Shown: in pieces, positions 41,524 to 54,483 of the stretch
How the letters are laid out: every line of letters begins with the position of its first letter
How positions within the stretch are numbered: the stretch's first letter is position 1
Assembly: GCA_002269645.1 (NCBI GenBank)
Contig: NIVC01000335.1
Span: 91,014-155,013 of the forward strand
Length of the DNA: 64,000 nucleotides
Reading direction: 5' to 3'
From: Macrostomum lignano
Lineage: Eukaryota
Notes under the pieces: generated by a model
Databases searched by the model: none
The model's input: only the letters and a program-made list of their open reading frames with translations
Told to the model about the DNA's origin: nothing
Translations under genes and position numbers: made by a program

Positions 41524-44500
41524 ATGCCAGTCTACATGCGCAAGCGTCAGGACTCGCCGAGCCTGTCGCAACTATCCGAGCCCAACCCAGATATCGATGC
41601 AGACTTCGTGCTGGACCCGGATAAGCACCGGGACCCGCTGCCGCAGCCCTATCGGTTTATTGACAAGCTCATCGAGACTCTGCTAGAGCGCTCCTTTCAA
41701 GAAATTTTCACTCGGGAAGAAGAACGAGAACACGAGCAGGCTAGGTAAGGAGCAGCTTGCAGGTAGCGAATATACGATTCTACCAGGGACTGTTAAAATT
41801 GCGGACCGCAGTGCTGTTGAGCCAAGAATGACTTCAGTAAAACTTCGTTTCTTAGGAGAAAAATATTCGGGCTGATTTTGCGCAAAAAATGCACTACGGA
41901 CAGATAGCTAATAACTTAGATTGATTTCTATTGGAAACAGATTAGCTTCTTTGCTCGTAGTCGTAGTTGTTTAGAAACCAAAATAGACGGCTATTCTATG
42001 GCTGTTGAATTTTTTTCGCTCAGGACATGCAAATAAATGTTTTCTTTGACTTAAGTCGTCCTTGGAGTGAGTAGCGCAGTGGTTTAATGCTAGCTATCAC
42101 TAGCAGTCTTGGCCTAGCGCGAGTTTTAACATCAATTTTTTACACTAATTTCGCATTCAAACAAAAAACAATTGTCAGGCACAAGCCGCCCCAGGTGCCC
42201 ACCGATCTGTGCCGCATAGTGCCAAACATTCGATCAGCCATCAAGTTCCTCTGCCCATCGGCTGACGAACCGGACCTTCAGCAGGAGCCGGTGGATCAGT
42301 ACGGCAGCCGGTACGTATTCTGCGCTTGCGAAGGAGGTCAACTGTTCGCTTTGGACGGCGTTTCCATGGCAACAGTAGGCTCTTTTGAAGCGGCTGGACT
42401 TGACCTGGCCTACATGGCCACAGCCCAGCTGAAGCCGGGCCTGCACCTGCTGGCTACCATAGACGAGCTGGGCCTGGCACGGCTGTTTCTATGGGATGGA
42501 AGCGCCTTTCACTTGGCCAGGCTAATGAACGAAGACGAAGGCGACAAACGGATCAACTGTTTGGCTGCGTGCCTGTCTGTCGATGGCGAGTATTTGGCTC
42601 TGACTATGCAAAGTAATTTTTTCTCTTCTTGTTTGTATTTCGACTTTGTGCTGTTCTTGTTTAGTAGATGTCGAGAATTAGGATTAGAACAAATGAGATT
42701 AGATTAACGTGGTCACAGTACGTTAATGGAAACAGATTTAAAGACCTAATCAAGCCCTTTTGAGCCAAATTACTGACAGTATAATTGGCAGTAAGTCAGT
42801 GAGACGGATAACGTTGAGCAGGTCAGATTTCTATTGTGAAGTTTTAAAATACCGGATAGAGAGGCTTCTTCGCGGGCCGGAGTTTGCCGACCCCCCTGAT
42901 TTAAAGCCAAACTACAAATCCAATTCTCAACGCTTGTCTTGCCAAAATTAGACGCGTCAACCAAAGCCGTGACGTTGGAATTTCATCGGGTCCCACGCGA
43001 CGCCTGGGCTAAGGAAGTGGAGCAGCAGGCTGGCAAGCCGAATCCTCAGGCTGGCGGTGGCGTTGGAGCAGCGGGCGCCATTAAAGAAGACGGGACTGGA
43101 GACGCTGCTACGAATGGAGCTGAAGGCGACGCTTCTGGGGTAAGCAGTGCTACAGCCTGATCTCTATGCCCTTTGATCTCTATGCAACAGTTTTTGTGCA
43201 ACACGATTTCCCCTCATCGTATTCTATCAGCGCTACTATAAGTAGGCCAGTCAGATATTATATTCCAAAGTTTTTTATTAAATTTAAATTTAACGTTTTG
43301 CTACTCATCAAGACTCTCTCGTAAACAGAGATTTTCACCTTGCAAAGGAGCTGTTTACTTACTGAAATAAATTATAAGAGCCACTTCAAGTAGTGAAGCA
43401 TTTTTTGTGTTTTAACTGATATGTAGTTCTTCTGCCAGCGCTTGCATTGGCGAAGATTCTTAAAATTTGTTTATAGAAAACATGAATATACAAAGAATTT
43501 TGTCTTGCTTCAACTAAATTACATCGAGAATTGTCGAGCGAAAAGTGTCAGCAATGCAGGAGCCACAGCAATCAGCAGAGTGCCTGGCAGATCACGTGAC
43601 CTAACGCTACCAGCGCCCCTCAACTCGTCCAAGTCGATGCCGAACCCTTTGCGGCGCCGATTCAGCCGCACCAGCGCCAGAACTTCCAGCTGGCGACGCA
43701 CCTCGATCCAGTTGTTCAGCACCAGCTGCCTGAGCTCACCAAACTGTCGCCCGCTGCACACCGGCAGCAGCTGACCCGCCGTGTTGAACACCCACTCGCC
43801 GCTGACTAAGTTCAACCGATTGGGCTTGAACGCCATGTAGATGTACTTTAGTGTCTGGCCGAGCAGGTAGCTTGGCTGACGGTTGTCCGAGTGAAGCAGA
43901 CTGGATTTTGGGCTGCCAGCAGCCGCCACCCGACGGAGTCCCTCGTAGCCGTTCGATCCTCGCATCAGTCGAGCGATGGAGCGGAGAGTCAGGCTGAGCA
44001 GCCGCAGGTGGCGCATCCGACGCCGTCGACTCCAGAGCAGCAGGCCGGCCAAAACCGGTTCCGGCCGAGCGGAGTAGCGCACGTTCGCAGCCGCTTCCAT
44101 CAGCTGAAAGCTGTGCCGAGCAGCGGATCGTCGGAGCACCAGCTGATCTGGCCACAAGTTGAACTTGCCGAGCTGCACGGCTGACAGGCAGAGATCCCCC
44201 AACTGGTAGGCCAGATCCCGCTGCACAAAGGGATCCCGGGACTGGCCCATGCTGAGTAGGAGAGTCTCTACCAGTCGACAGACGGTAAGGTTGAAGCCGC
44301 ACTCATCTTCTTCAACCCCGGACTGGCAGTTCAGCCAAGCATCGAGGCGTAAGCGACCCGACAGAAGCTCCTGAAACAAACTCAAAGCGTTGCGATCCCC
44401 GTCTAGCAACAGGTGCGCCTTGATTGTCACCTCGGCCAGGGTTAGTACGCCCGACAGGTTCGATGCGGCGCCGATCGTTGGAGCGCCAGTTCGAACATCC

Positions 44501-47500
44501 CAAACGCCGGGCGGTGACCAGCTGAAACCGATGCTTGCTGAGTCATTCGCCAATATCGCCTCACCGCGTGAAGCAATTCGAGCGTCCATATGTCGTCGCA
44601 ACGGCGCCAGAATAGCGTCGGCAGCGTTGCCATACTTCTGCAAGCCGGTCAGCCGGTGCAAGTAGGCAAACTCCAGGTACAACTGCGACATCTCGTCTAG
44701 ACTGATGAATCGGCCAGCGGCCACGGGACCCTGGAAGGGGACAGCAGCTGATGCTGGCAAACCGGACGGAGTGTCGAACGCCACTAGTAGGCCCTCGGCT
44801 ACCTGGAGGGCTTTGTAGAGAAACGGCAGGTGTTCGGTGAGGCTGAACGCCGATAGCAGGCCACCGAGCAAGCGAGAGCTGGTCGCCGCTGTGCTCACGG
44901 GCTCAGTTGTGTTAGTAAAGTCGAAACGGTTGTCAATCCATTCTTGTGCCTGCGATTGAGAAAGCGGGTTGCCAAGTTAATTATTTACTTTTCAGTTCAG
45001 AGATTTGAGTTTTTTTAATGACAGAAATTATCATTTTTAACTCCATTTTCATATTTGTTTATATGCAGCTTCATTTTTTATACATCTACTGTTGCTGAAA
45101 GTTGCTGAAATGCCAAAGCTCATTGGGGAGTCGCTGAGATGCCTGCATGACCCACTTGGGGGAGATTGCAAGGGTTAAGGTTGCTAGTTAAACCTCCAAA
45201 TATTTCGACCTGTGAACCATATTGATGACGCACCTGCAGCAGCTCCTCGTCCAGTCCCATCAGATGCAGTGTTGCCAAGCTTTCAACAATAGTTAAACCG
45301 GATTTTCTCCCAACCAATCGATCGGCCTCTTTACTTGGCGCCACAGCACCCGGCGCCAGTTCGTTGGCGCCCCAACTATGGCGCCGGTACTGCCTCCAGG
45401 CGTGCTGGACGGTGCCGCGTGCTAGACTAGCTTCTTTCAGAGCGAGTTTCTCTGCGTTCAGCGTGGCGGAGTTGGACTCGTCAACTCTGAGCAGCAGCAT
45501 CCGGGATAGAAGGAATATGAGACAGACGCCTGCCAGTAGAGCCAGCATCCTTAACGAGTACTCAACGTAGCGCGGATACCTGCCTGTGATGAGGCGATAG
45601 CAGTACGCAATAATAGGCATGATTCGTCTAGTTCGAATCTCTCCACCCAGAGTCTGAGTTGGGCCTGCTCTTGCAACTTTGCTCTCAACTATATATATTA
45701 GCATTAGCTAGTTATAACTTGGCATATCTTGCTTGAAAGGCCTCGGGCTCTTCTCTCATTGAACTGTGCCTTAAGCCTATAGGGGGGGGGGGCAGAGCAG
45801 GGCCCTGTGGGACGACAAGAGAGAGAGGGCGGCAACTGCGGTTTAATCAGCTCTGCGTGTTTGCCCAAAAGAGTTTTACAGTCCTATTGTTCAAGCGCGC
45901 GTCAATGAAACGAAGAAAGCACGCACGCCAAGCTTATTCATTCCAGAAATTAAACCGTACAAGCATCTGATGCAGACAGTCTAAAGCAGCATTATGCATG
46001 CAATATAACAGAAATTACACGTACATACCGTTTTTCCAATCTGCCTCATCTAGTAAAACACAAGCTAAGCTTTATTTCACTTTCTTAACCGTGTTATTTT
46101 TCTTTAAAAGTTCCACAATTCTGGATGCCATTAATTTAGAGAGATTGTTTATTAATAAGTTATGAGAACTATATGGCTCGAAAAACTCACGCTTCTATTG
46201 TTCAAGGGTTTGCAGGGTAATACGTAGTGCTTTGCCGTGAAAGCTGGCATAAGCAACGCTATAGGCATTAACAATAGTTAGATTTATTCGCTTTATGTTT
46301 AATAATTTTGGCTTAAGACCGGTTTAGTGGTCAATATTGCTATAGTTGGTACCATTTGTAATTAAATTAATTATTATGGGAATTCACTCGGAGGGGCGGG
46401 GTGGCTGACAGCTCTTCATGATACTTTAGGCCCATTTCATTGACTTTTGAGCACTACAACTTTACGCATGTCAGAGTACGAGTCACAATTGCTCTTACCC
46501 GAATATAGCTGTCCCGGAAATTCTTCCCGAAGATAATGCTCAAGCCTATGCTGGCCCACCATCCGGGTAGCATCACCCCCCCCCCCTCGTCCAGGTGGTC
46601 AAATCAGCCAACTTTTAAAGAAGGCAGCGTCATTCATGGAACTGACGGGCGGATGCCTTGAGCTTTCATGTCACCTCGCCTCACCTCACCTCACCCACGA
46701 CTGTGCACACCAGTACGTGCAAACCTAACCCCTGTCCTACGATGACAAACCTCTGCGCACCAAACCGAGCCTTCCAGCACTCTAACCGACACCAACTTCC
46801 AAGACTCGGCTGACACACCCATCTTCGTCTGAAGCCACTCGTCCGTCTTCTTTTCACAACCCCCTCTCCAGCTCCATACAAGGCCAACAAGGCCAATGCG
46901 AAGGCCAATAAGAGATTTATAGTTACTCTCACCGTTTACCCGCGCTTAATTGAATTTCTTCACTTTGACATTCATGACCACCTGGTCAGGCCTCGTGCCC
47001 CAGAAGCTGGTACCAGCAATCGAACACCTTAGGCAAGGAAAGGCACGGGAATTGATCAAAGGACTGCATGAGCCCCAGAAGTTGGTACCCTGTTAGCGTG
47101 ACCCACTCGGAATCAGGGATCCTAGGCATTGGAGATGTGTTCAGTGCCTTAGTGACAGGCTCTCACGTGTATTGTGGTGATAGTCAGTTCTTCGGTGTGG
47201 GAATTCATTTCCTAGGCATGCCCAAAAATGGTCGACCTGATGAGTAGTTTACGCCGGCTCATGATGGTCTCTGAGGAGACCAGACCTGGTCTACTCAGCG
47301 GGTTGGCGGTGCCATGCCTTGCAAATAAACAACAGCTTCGCATGCAGTTAGGACCACCTAACTATTTAGCCTTTGTTGGCATCCAACCCCTCCGTAGGTA
47401 TGCCATCTTTTTAAGGCAGCTCCATAGGGACCCAATCTTGAGGTGGCCCGAGCATACGCTCCTGGAAGACCCATTCTATCTAGTCAGCGGTAGAGCCACG

Positions 47501-50500
47501 CCTTACGGCACCCCGTTAAACAACAACCACAAACCAACAATACGCCAACTCAAGCGTCAAGCGAGACGTCCTTCAGGCCGCAAACAGTCGATTCTGTCCA
47601 GCGCTGGTGGCAGCAGCAGCAGTCGAGGCTCCGCCTCGAGAAAATCTTCTGCTTCAGTTCGCGCCAGCAGCCGCCGTTCAGCGAGATCAGTCAGCGGTGG
47701 CGGCGGCGGCGGCGGCAGCAAAAATTTTGCTGGCAGTCGCCGTTCATCTTCGGCGGCCAATGCCGCGGAGATCAGAGGCTCTAGTAGAAGGAGGCGCGGT
47801 AGCAGACGACGGGTAACACAGCTCGTAGTAGAGACCCAGACCAGTAGAAAACGTAGATTCGTTTGACTTGGTTATTCTGTGTCAAAATTTACCACTAAAA
47901 GAATATCCAAAGCGTATTAGAAACCTTTTAGTCTCAAAGCAAAGACAACGCTCTTTGGCTAATGAATAAGTTTTTCTACCGAATGTCATGATACATTGTA
48001 CATATAGAACAAAACTGAACCACGCCAATGACCTTTCGAAAATCAAACGACATTAAAAGTTAACGTAGACCAGAACTTTCTTAGGGTAGGCAAAGACCCA
48101 AATAACCTTGAGTCGAGAGAAGGCTCGAATGACAGTGACCTTGGGTTAAGTACAGGCCCCAATGACCTTGGCATGGGAGAAAAACCAAAAGACCTTGATA
48201 TAGACGGCAGACAAAGTCAACTTTATGTAAAGCAAAGGCCCTAGCGTTCCTCAAGGTCAATGAAATTATCCAAATAAATACAATGACTTGTTACATTTTT
48301 AGCATCAAGGTTAACCCATAGGTACTAATGTGGACGCAAACTTGCGTACTAGATATAAAAGTAATTATGAATTTTTCTTGATATGTTATATATACCTTTA
48401 GAAAACATTAATTTGTTTTGACGTTTGACACCTGTATCCCCGAACCTGTACTATATGCGTTTTATTCATTGACCAAAAGGCAGCATGATTATTTCTTGAT
48501 GTGATTTTTAAATAAATTTGACGACGGCGACTACCTTTAAGCAATATTAAGGACCTTCAGATTCTTCCCAAGCGCTACTGCTCTTTAAAACACCCTCTTT
48601 TCAACAGCCCACCGCCTCAGAGGAAGCCGGCCGCGTGCCCGTTCTCAAGCTCAGCCCGCTGGCACCGGTACTCCGCGTCCGCCAGCCCCAGCCGGTGGCG
48701 TCCACAGCCGGCGCCACCACGCCAAACCTTAAACTCATCGACTCCAGCGGCGAGGTGGTCGGCAGTGGCGCCGCCCACTTGCTAACTCAGCCGCATCTGC
48801 AATTGCGCGAAGCAAATTTTAGACGGGAAAGACCGGAAGAGTTGAAATACCTGTTGGACAGCGACAATAATGAGGCAGCTAGCATGGCGTAAGTATTGCC
48901 AAATACGAGTATCTATCGATTAGTGCATGATTTTAAGTCCCGTTAATTTACCGGTAAAATTCACAGCTTGCCTACCGTCCAGTTCCTGAAGCCCGGCCGC
49001 ACTCAGGGCACAGAGCAAACTATGGACAAGAATGTTTGCGTCAGCGCTGCTGTGGCCTGGTCAGGCGACTACAAAGTGTTTATCTACCCTCTGCTCAAGG
49101 TGGGCAAAGGTGAGTGTACAACTTATTGGTGCGCTCTGGCTCGAAGATCGGGATGTACTTACATAAATTCCATGATAGCCCATCTCGCGACTCGTCTCTC
49201 AACACCTCTAACCTTTATTACCCGAGAACCAACTTTACAAAAAGCCTCTTAGTACCCCTAACATTGCAGGTACATTCCACAACACCCACCTCACGACTGG
49301 CCCCTCCGCTCCCCTGCCCCTTGATGCACATTCTACAACACCCACCTCACAACTGGCCTCTCCGCTCCCCTGCCCCTTGATGCACATTCTACAACACCCA
49401 CCTCACGACTGGCCTCTCCGCTCCCCTTACCCCTAGATGCACATTCCACAACACCCACCTCACGACTGGCCTCTCCGCTCCCCTGCCCCTAGATGCACAT
49501 TTCACAACACCCACGTCTGGCCTCTCAGCTCCCCTACCCCTAGATGTACGCGTACATTCCACAACATCTACCTCATGCCTCGACTCTCTGCCTCCTGGCT
49601 TCCTAAATTTCATTTCTGGAACTTTTTTCTTTAAAAAAATTGAATAGACCAAACTTTATATAATTAGCTGATCAAAAGTGCAATAATCTCCTCAAACAAA
49701 GCATTCCTAACATTATCTAAATGCAGCACTAGTTCATGATTTGTTGATGGATTCCGGCAGCTCCGTAGAACCAGCAATTAAGACAAAGTCCAAGTCAAAC
49801 AAAAAAACGGTTGGAAGGACCGGCATAACGAGCGCAAAGCCAACATTTGCTGGTATTTCTTATTACAGCTACCCAAGTCAGAAATTTATTCGAAGTGCAC
49901 CAACCTACCACAATACGCGCCGACAAAAACTTTCCAACCTATATTGACTTGTTGCAGCAATTTTATAGATTGTTCAACTGCAGGGTGAATTAAACGCAAA
50001 CATATCTTAATATAGAGCATAGAGTGGCATTTCATAGCGGCGAATACAATTGCCTCGTAGAACCTGTTGACTAAGCAAATATTTGAACAGAGCAAACAAA
50101 GTCAAGTATGACAGACAGAAAGAGAGAGGTATACTTGCTTGAGCAGAGGACTTTATATAGCTAACTCCAAAGTCAACACCCAAGATGCCAATATTACACC
50201 GAACGTGCAACGTTAATTATCGTTTGACTGGCTGTACTATTGGCCTAATATATTGCATATTGGCCTAATATATCAATGTACTTGAATGGTTAAAGTAGTT
50301 GGTACACTGTAGTTCTGCTGCAGTAAGTAATGGAGGCGCAATTCACAACAGGTTGGGTGCTAATTCACAGCAGGTAGCTGGTGCTTATTCACAGCAGGTA
50401 GGGTGCTAATTCACAACAGGTAGGTTGCTAATTCACAACAGTTAGGGTGCTAATTCACAACAGGTAGGGTGCTAATTCACAACAGGTAGGGTGCTAATTC

Positions 50501-53500
50501 ACAACAGGTAGGTTGCTAATTCACAACAGTTAGGGTGCTAATTCACAACAGGTAGGGTGCTAATTCACAACAGATAGGGTGCTAATTCACAACAGGTAGG
50601 GTGCTAATTCACAACAGATAGGGTGCTAATTCACAACAGGTAGGTTGCTAATTCACAACAGTTAGGGTGCTAATTCACAACAGGTAGGGTGCTAATTCAC
50701 AACAGATAGGGTGCTAATTCACAACAGGTAGGGTGCTAATTCACAACAGGTAGGGTGCTAATTCACAACAGGTTCCAAAAAAGAAGACATTTTCTCACTG
50801 ACGCGAAATTTCGTATCACACTTTTACTACTAACTAACCAAGTAGTGCACCGTGTAAAATGCCGGTTTCGAATTATTCCTCTTCGACACCAAACTTGGCG
50901 ATCATCCAGATGATTCTGCCACCAGCGATGAAGGTCGTCATGTTCAACAGCTGGGACGCGCGTCGAGTCGGTCGTCAGTGATGCAGATGACTGCACCAAC
51001 TAGACAATTAAAGTCCAGCCGATTAGGGCAAATTCAACTGGCTGGTTGGTTCTATATAGCAAAAAATTAGTATTCAAAATTAGTGCCATTAGACATCTAT
51101 CACCATAGTAAAAGATCAGTTATCTGTAATTTTCACGAGCTTGTAAATTTTCCATCGTTTCAAGACAAATGATAAAAATTACGAACTTCCGTATCAAATT
51201 CATTTCTCATAAAACCAGACTTGATGACATTGTCACCAGTGTCAATCAAATCTATCAGCCGCAGCCTCTCTGCACCCAAGATCCACAATCCACTGCAGCC
51301 ACCCCACTCCCCGGGACGATCTATCTTTCACCCCGCTTCTCTGCACCCCAATCTGCTGCAGCCACCCCACTCCCCGGGAAAACCTATCTCTCACCCCGCT
51401 TCTCTGCACCCCAATCTGCTGCAGCCACCCCACTCCCCGGGACGATCTATCTTTCACCCCGCTTCTCTGCACCCCAATCTGCTGCAGCCACCCCACTCCC
51501 CGGGACGATCTATCTTTCACCCCGCTTCTCTGCACCCCAATCTGCTGCAGCCACCCCACTCCCCGGGACGATCTATCTTTCACCCCGCTTCTCTGCACCC
51601 CAATCTGCTGCAGCCACCCCACTCCCCGGGACAACCTATCTCTCACCCCGCTTCTCTGCACCCCAATCTGCTGCAGCCACCCCACTCCCCGGGACAACCT
51701 ATCTCTCACCCCGCTTCTCTGCACCCCAATCTGCTGCAGCCACCCCACTCCCCGGGACGACCTTATCTCACCGGGCCTCTCTGCACTCCAGTCTAACTTA
51801 ACTGTCAATCACTCTTTCTGTTTGACGCGATTTTATTTTAGTCAATTAATCGTCAATATAATTTTTTTAAATTAAGAAACTATAATTAATTAGGATAATT
51901 TCATCTCATATACAAGTGCTTTCTAAATGTTTTTTCCATTGCAATTAAATCAAGTGATGCACATTCCAATTTTTTACAAGGTACTAACTTTTTGTCACTC
52001 TTTCGGGGTAAAATGCACTGTTTTTAGACTACACGAAAATATTTGCGAAGCACTGGAACTAAAATTAAAAAAGAAAATTCCTCTAAACTAATTCCATAAT
52101 GAAAAAGTACTTTTCTTGCTTTCTTTCTCTATCCATCTCAGATCTGGAATTCCGCCCCGAGACGGTTTGGACTTTCGGTTCGCCAGTTACCTGTCTCACG
52201 GTATCACACTGCGCCTCCTTGATTGCCGTCGGCCTGGAGTCCGGCAACCTCATCTTACACGACCTTCGACTCGGCCTAGTGCGTCACGTGATTAGCGTGG
52301 ATCCGGAAAATCCGCGTCCAATCGTTCGAGTCTTCTTCCTTAATCCACCGGCCGACGAGGAGCAGAGCGACAATCTAGGCCAGGCAATTTACAAGTAAAT
52401 GTGCCGGATATCACAGCACCGCTTACTGATCACTATAGAGACTAAAGTGCATCCATTTTCCCGCGATCCTTGATTGATCCCACACTAGACCAGTGCAACT
52501 CATGTCTGATTCCTCATAGACCAGTGCAACTCATGTCTGATTACTCATAGACCAGTGCAACTCATGTCTGATTCCTCATAGACCAGTGCAACTCATATCT
52601 GATTCCTCATAGACCAGTGCAACTCATGTCTGATTCCTCATAGCCCAGTGCAACTCATGTCTGATTCCTCATAGCCCAGTGCAACTCATGTCTGATTCCT
52701 CATAGACCAGTGCAACTCATGTCTGATTCCTCAAAGACCAGTGCAACTCATGTCTGATTCCTCATAGACCAGTGCAACTCATGTCTGATTCCTCATAGCC
52801 CAGTGCAACTCATGTCTGATTCCTCATAGACCAGTGCAACTCATCCCTGGTCTCAAGATCCGAAGGTGAAACCAATCAAACCAGTCTTGTTCATTAAACT
52901 ACCTGAGCTATCCTTGCCAACGCAGGTCCACTCAACCTGTTAGAGCCGCTATCTACAACAGCGACCTTAAGCCGTACCTAGCCGACATTGGTCCCGAAGC
53001 CGCTCCTCCGACAGCGAGTCCGCTGCCGCACAGCGCCAGGCACGCTTACGAGGCTCCGCAACTGGTGGACTACTATCCACTGGGTCATCCGACCCTCCTG
53101 CTGAGGGCCACCCGTAGTGGAGCCATTGTGTTGCACGACGTTCGTCTTGGAAGGTAACTGCTACCACACTGTTACTTTTGTTTTGTAGGTAATATATCGA
53201 TTTGTTTAAATTTCTTGAAAACCTCATAGTCAAATTACGAGTTTTTTCAATAGTGGCTACTTTTGTCAACTGTGCAGTTTAATTATGTTTACTATTATTG
53301 TGTTCACCGATGCCTGACGCGACTAAGCCTCCTTCTATCTCGATCTCCTCTAAGATGCATTATACATGTAGGGACTTACCTCGTAAAAGATGCATAGTGA
53401 AGGTTTAATTAGGTATTATTATTAGTAACTCAGATGGCAGGCTTTGAAGGCATTGTAACCGTATCGAAGCCTATGTATCCTCAAATGGTATCATTGATAT

Positions 53501-54483
53501 TGAAACGTCAAAAACAACAGTAATGCTTTTAATCTACGCGTAATGTGTTTTTATGTTTCTTATGTTTAACTCAACAAATCTTGCGTAATCTATCTTTATT
53601 CATACCTTAGTTCCTCCATCTAATAATCCATAACTTGTATTGACTGATGCCTTTCGCAGGGAGGTGCTGCACTTTAACCTGCCACCGCCCTACCAGCTGC
53701 CCGAACCGTGGCAGCAGGGCGGCTGGGCCCTTGCAGCCGGCGGTCGCAGCCTCTTCATTCGAGGTCGACGCGAGTTGACCAGCGGAGAAGGCGACGTTGA
53801 CGCGACAGGAGCTGCCATCGACGGAGACGTCACTGCCGCCGCTGACGAAGCCGCTGTCAGTGCTCGCAACGATGAAGAGCGACTTTTCTGCTACAGTCTG
53901 AAGATTTTGGTGCCAATGCGGCCCTACTGGAAGCAGCGGCGAGTACAGCAGGTGCCCTGCTTTGTCCACTGCAAAGTGGAACAGAGGGCCGACGCTTACC
54001 TGCAGCACAGGTGAGAGAGATATTGCCGGATCATGGGGCAACAATCAAGGCGTGCCGTAAATCAAGGCGACACACACTGAACTTGAACCTTAAGCACACG
54101 CACGCACACACAGTCACGCTCTGTGCCCAGGTAGGCTGGCTCTTGCACGACTTGGGCGTAAATTGCACGAAAAGCCCTAAGCACGTTACCACTTGATGGT
54201 GACTTTCTAAGATTGGTATTTCGAATTTTGATCTACGAGCTACGTGCTACGTACAATAGTGGAAATTTCCAGCTTTCCTACATCGTTCTCATGATATTTC
54301 ATTTACAAATATTTTCACAGGAACGCAACCCACACGGAGCGTCAGAAAACGCTGGTGGACATGTGGTCCAACTTGTTCAACACGTTGAAAGAAGTAGAGG
54401 CTGCTGCAGCCGCTGCCGCTGCTGCTGAGACACCTAGAAGTGTCAAGGTTAGTATAAGCATAGCAATTTCTGTAGAAAATTGA
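41524..54483 (+). CDS. WDR93: WD repeat-containing protein 93
   Basis: Exons 41524-41744, 42179-42612, 42952-43139, 48608-48888, 48967-49109, 52142-52394, 52926-53153, 53660-54010 and 54321-54483, all GT-AG with consistent phases (2,1,0,2,1,2,2,2). DPLPQPYRFIDKLI, LSPLAPVLRVRQPQP...GSGAAH and RPETVWTFGSPV...IAVGLESGNLILHD match recalled WDR93 segments. An alternative donor at 54448 is possible. Confidence 0.87.
43519..45620 (-). CDS. GH47 (class I alpha-1,2-mannosidase-like) type II membrane protein, predicted inactive; nested antisense in WDR93 intron 3
   Basis: Exons 45620 (or 45704)-45234 and 44949-43519, phase 0. N-terminal TM (MLALLAGVCLIFLL). HAWRQYRRHSWGANELAP, GLTIVESLATLHLMGL, RLLGGLLSAF, AFDTPSGLP, LYLEF, RPE, GQTLKY and WVFNT...LP are all GH47 blocks. 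Confidence 0.88.
47228..47866 (+). CDS. Intronless 212-aa ORF with Arg/Ser/Gly-rich basic C-terminal half; nested sense in WDR93 intron 3
   Basis: ATG in AAAAATGG context with an in-frame upstream stop. 639-nt open frame in non-repetitive DNA. Tail SRGSASRKSSASVRASSRRSARS...SSRRRRGSRRR...SRKRRFV. No family recognised. Confidence 0.45.
   Translation: MVDLMSSLRRLMMVSEETRPGLLSGLAVPCLANKQQLRMQLGPPNYLAFVGIQPLRRYAIFLRQLHRDPILRWPEHTLLEDPFYLVSGRATPYGTPLNNNHKPTIRQLKRQARRPSGRKQSILSSAGGSSSSRGSASRKSSASVRASSRRSARSVSGGGGGGGSKNFAGSRRSSSAANAAEIRGSSRRRRGSRRRVTQLVVETQTSRKRRFV
49270..49570. repeat. 56-bp tandem repeat in WDR93 intron
   Basis: GATGCACATTCTACAACACCCACCTCAC(A/G)ACTGGCCTCTCCGCTCCCCTGCCCCTT, ~5 copies. 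Confidence 0.9.
50340..50772. repeat. 22-bp tandem repeat in WDR93 intron
   Basis: Unit GTAGGGTGCTAATTCACAACAG, ~19 copies. Confidence 0.95.
51285..51775. repeat. 63-bp tandem repeat in WDR93 intron
   Basis: CAATCTGCTGCAGCCACCCCACTCCCCGGGACGATCTATCTTTCACCCCGCTTCTCTGCACCC, ~8 copies. Confidence 0.96.
52488..52845. repeat. 31-bp tandem repeat in WDR93 intron
   Basis: Unit CATAGACCAGTGCAACTCATGTCTGATTCCT, ~11 copies. Confidence 0.95.

Noticed and set aside
49741-50999. Possible second antisense nested gene in WDR93 intron 5 (TATA-like at ~50155, acceptor-like sites)
   Set aside because: No continuous credible reading frame could be built.
51169-51808. ORFs with 21-aa repeats on both strands
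   Set aside because: They come from the 63-bp intronic tandem repeat between phase-compatible WDR93 exons.
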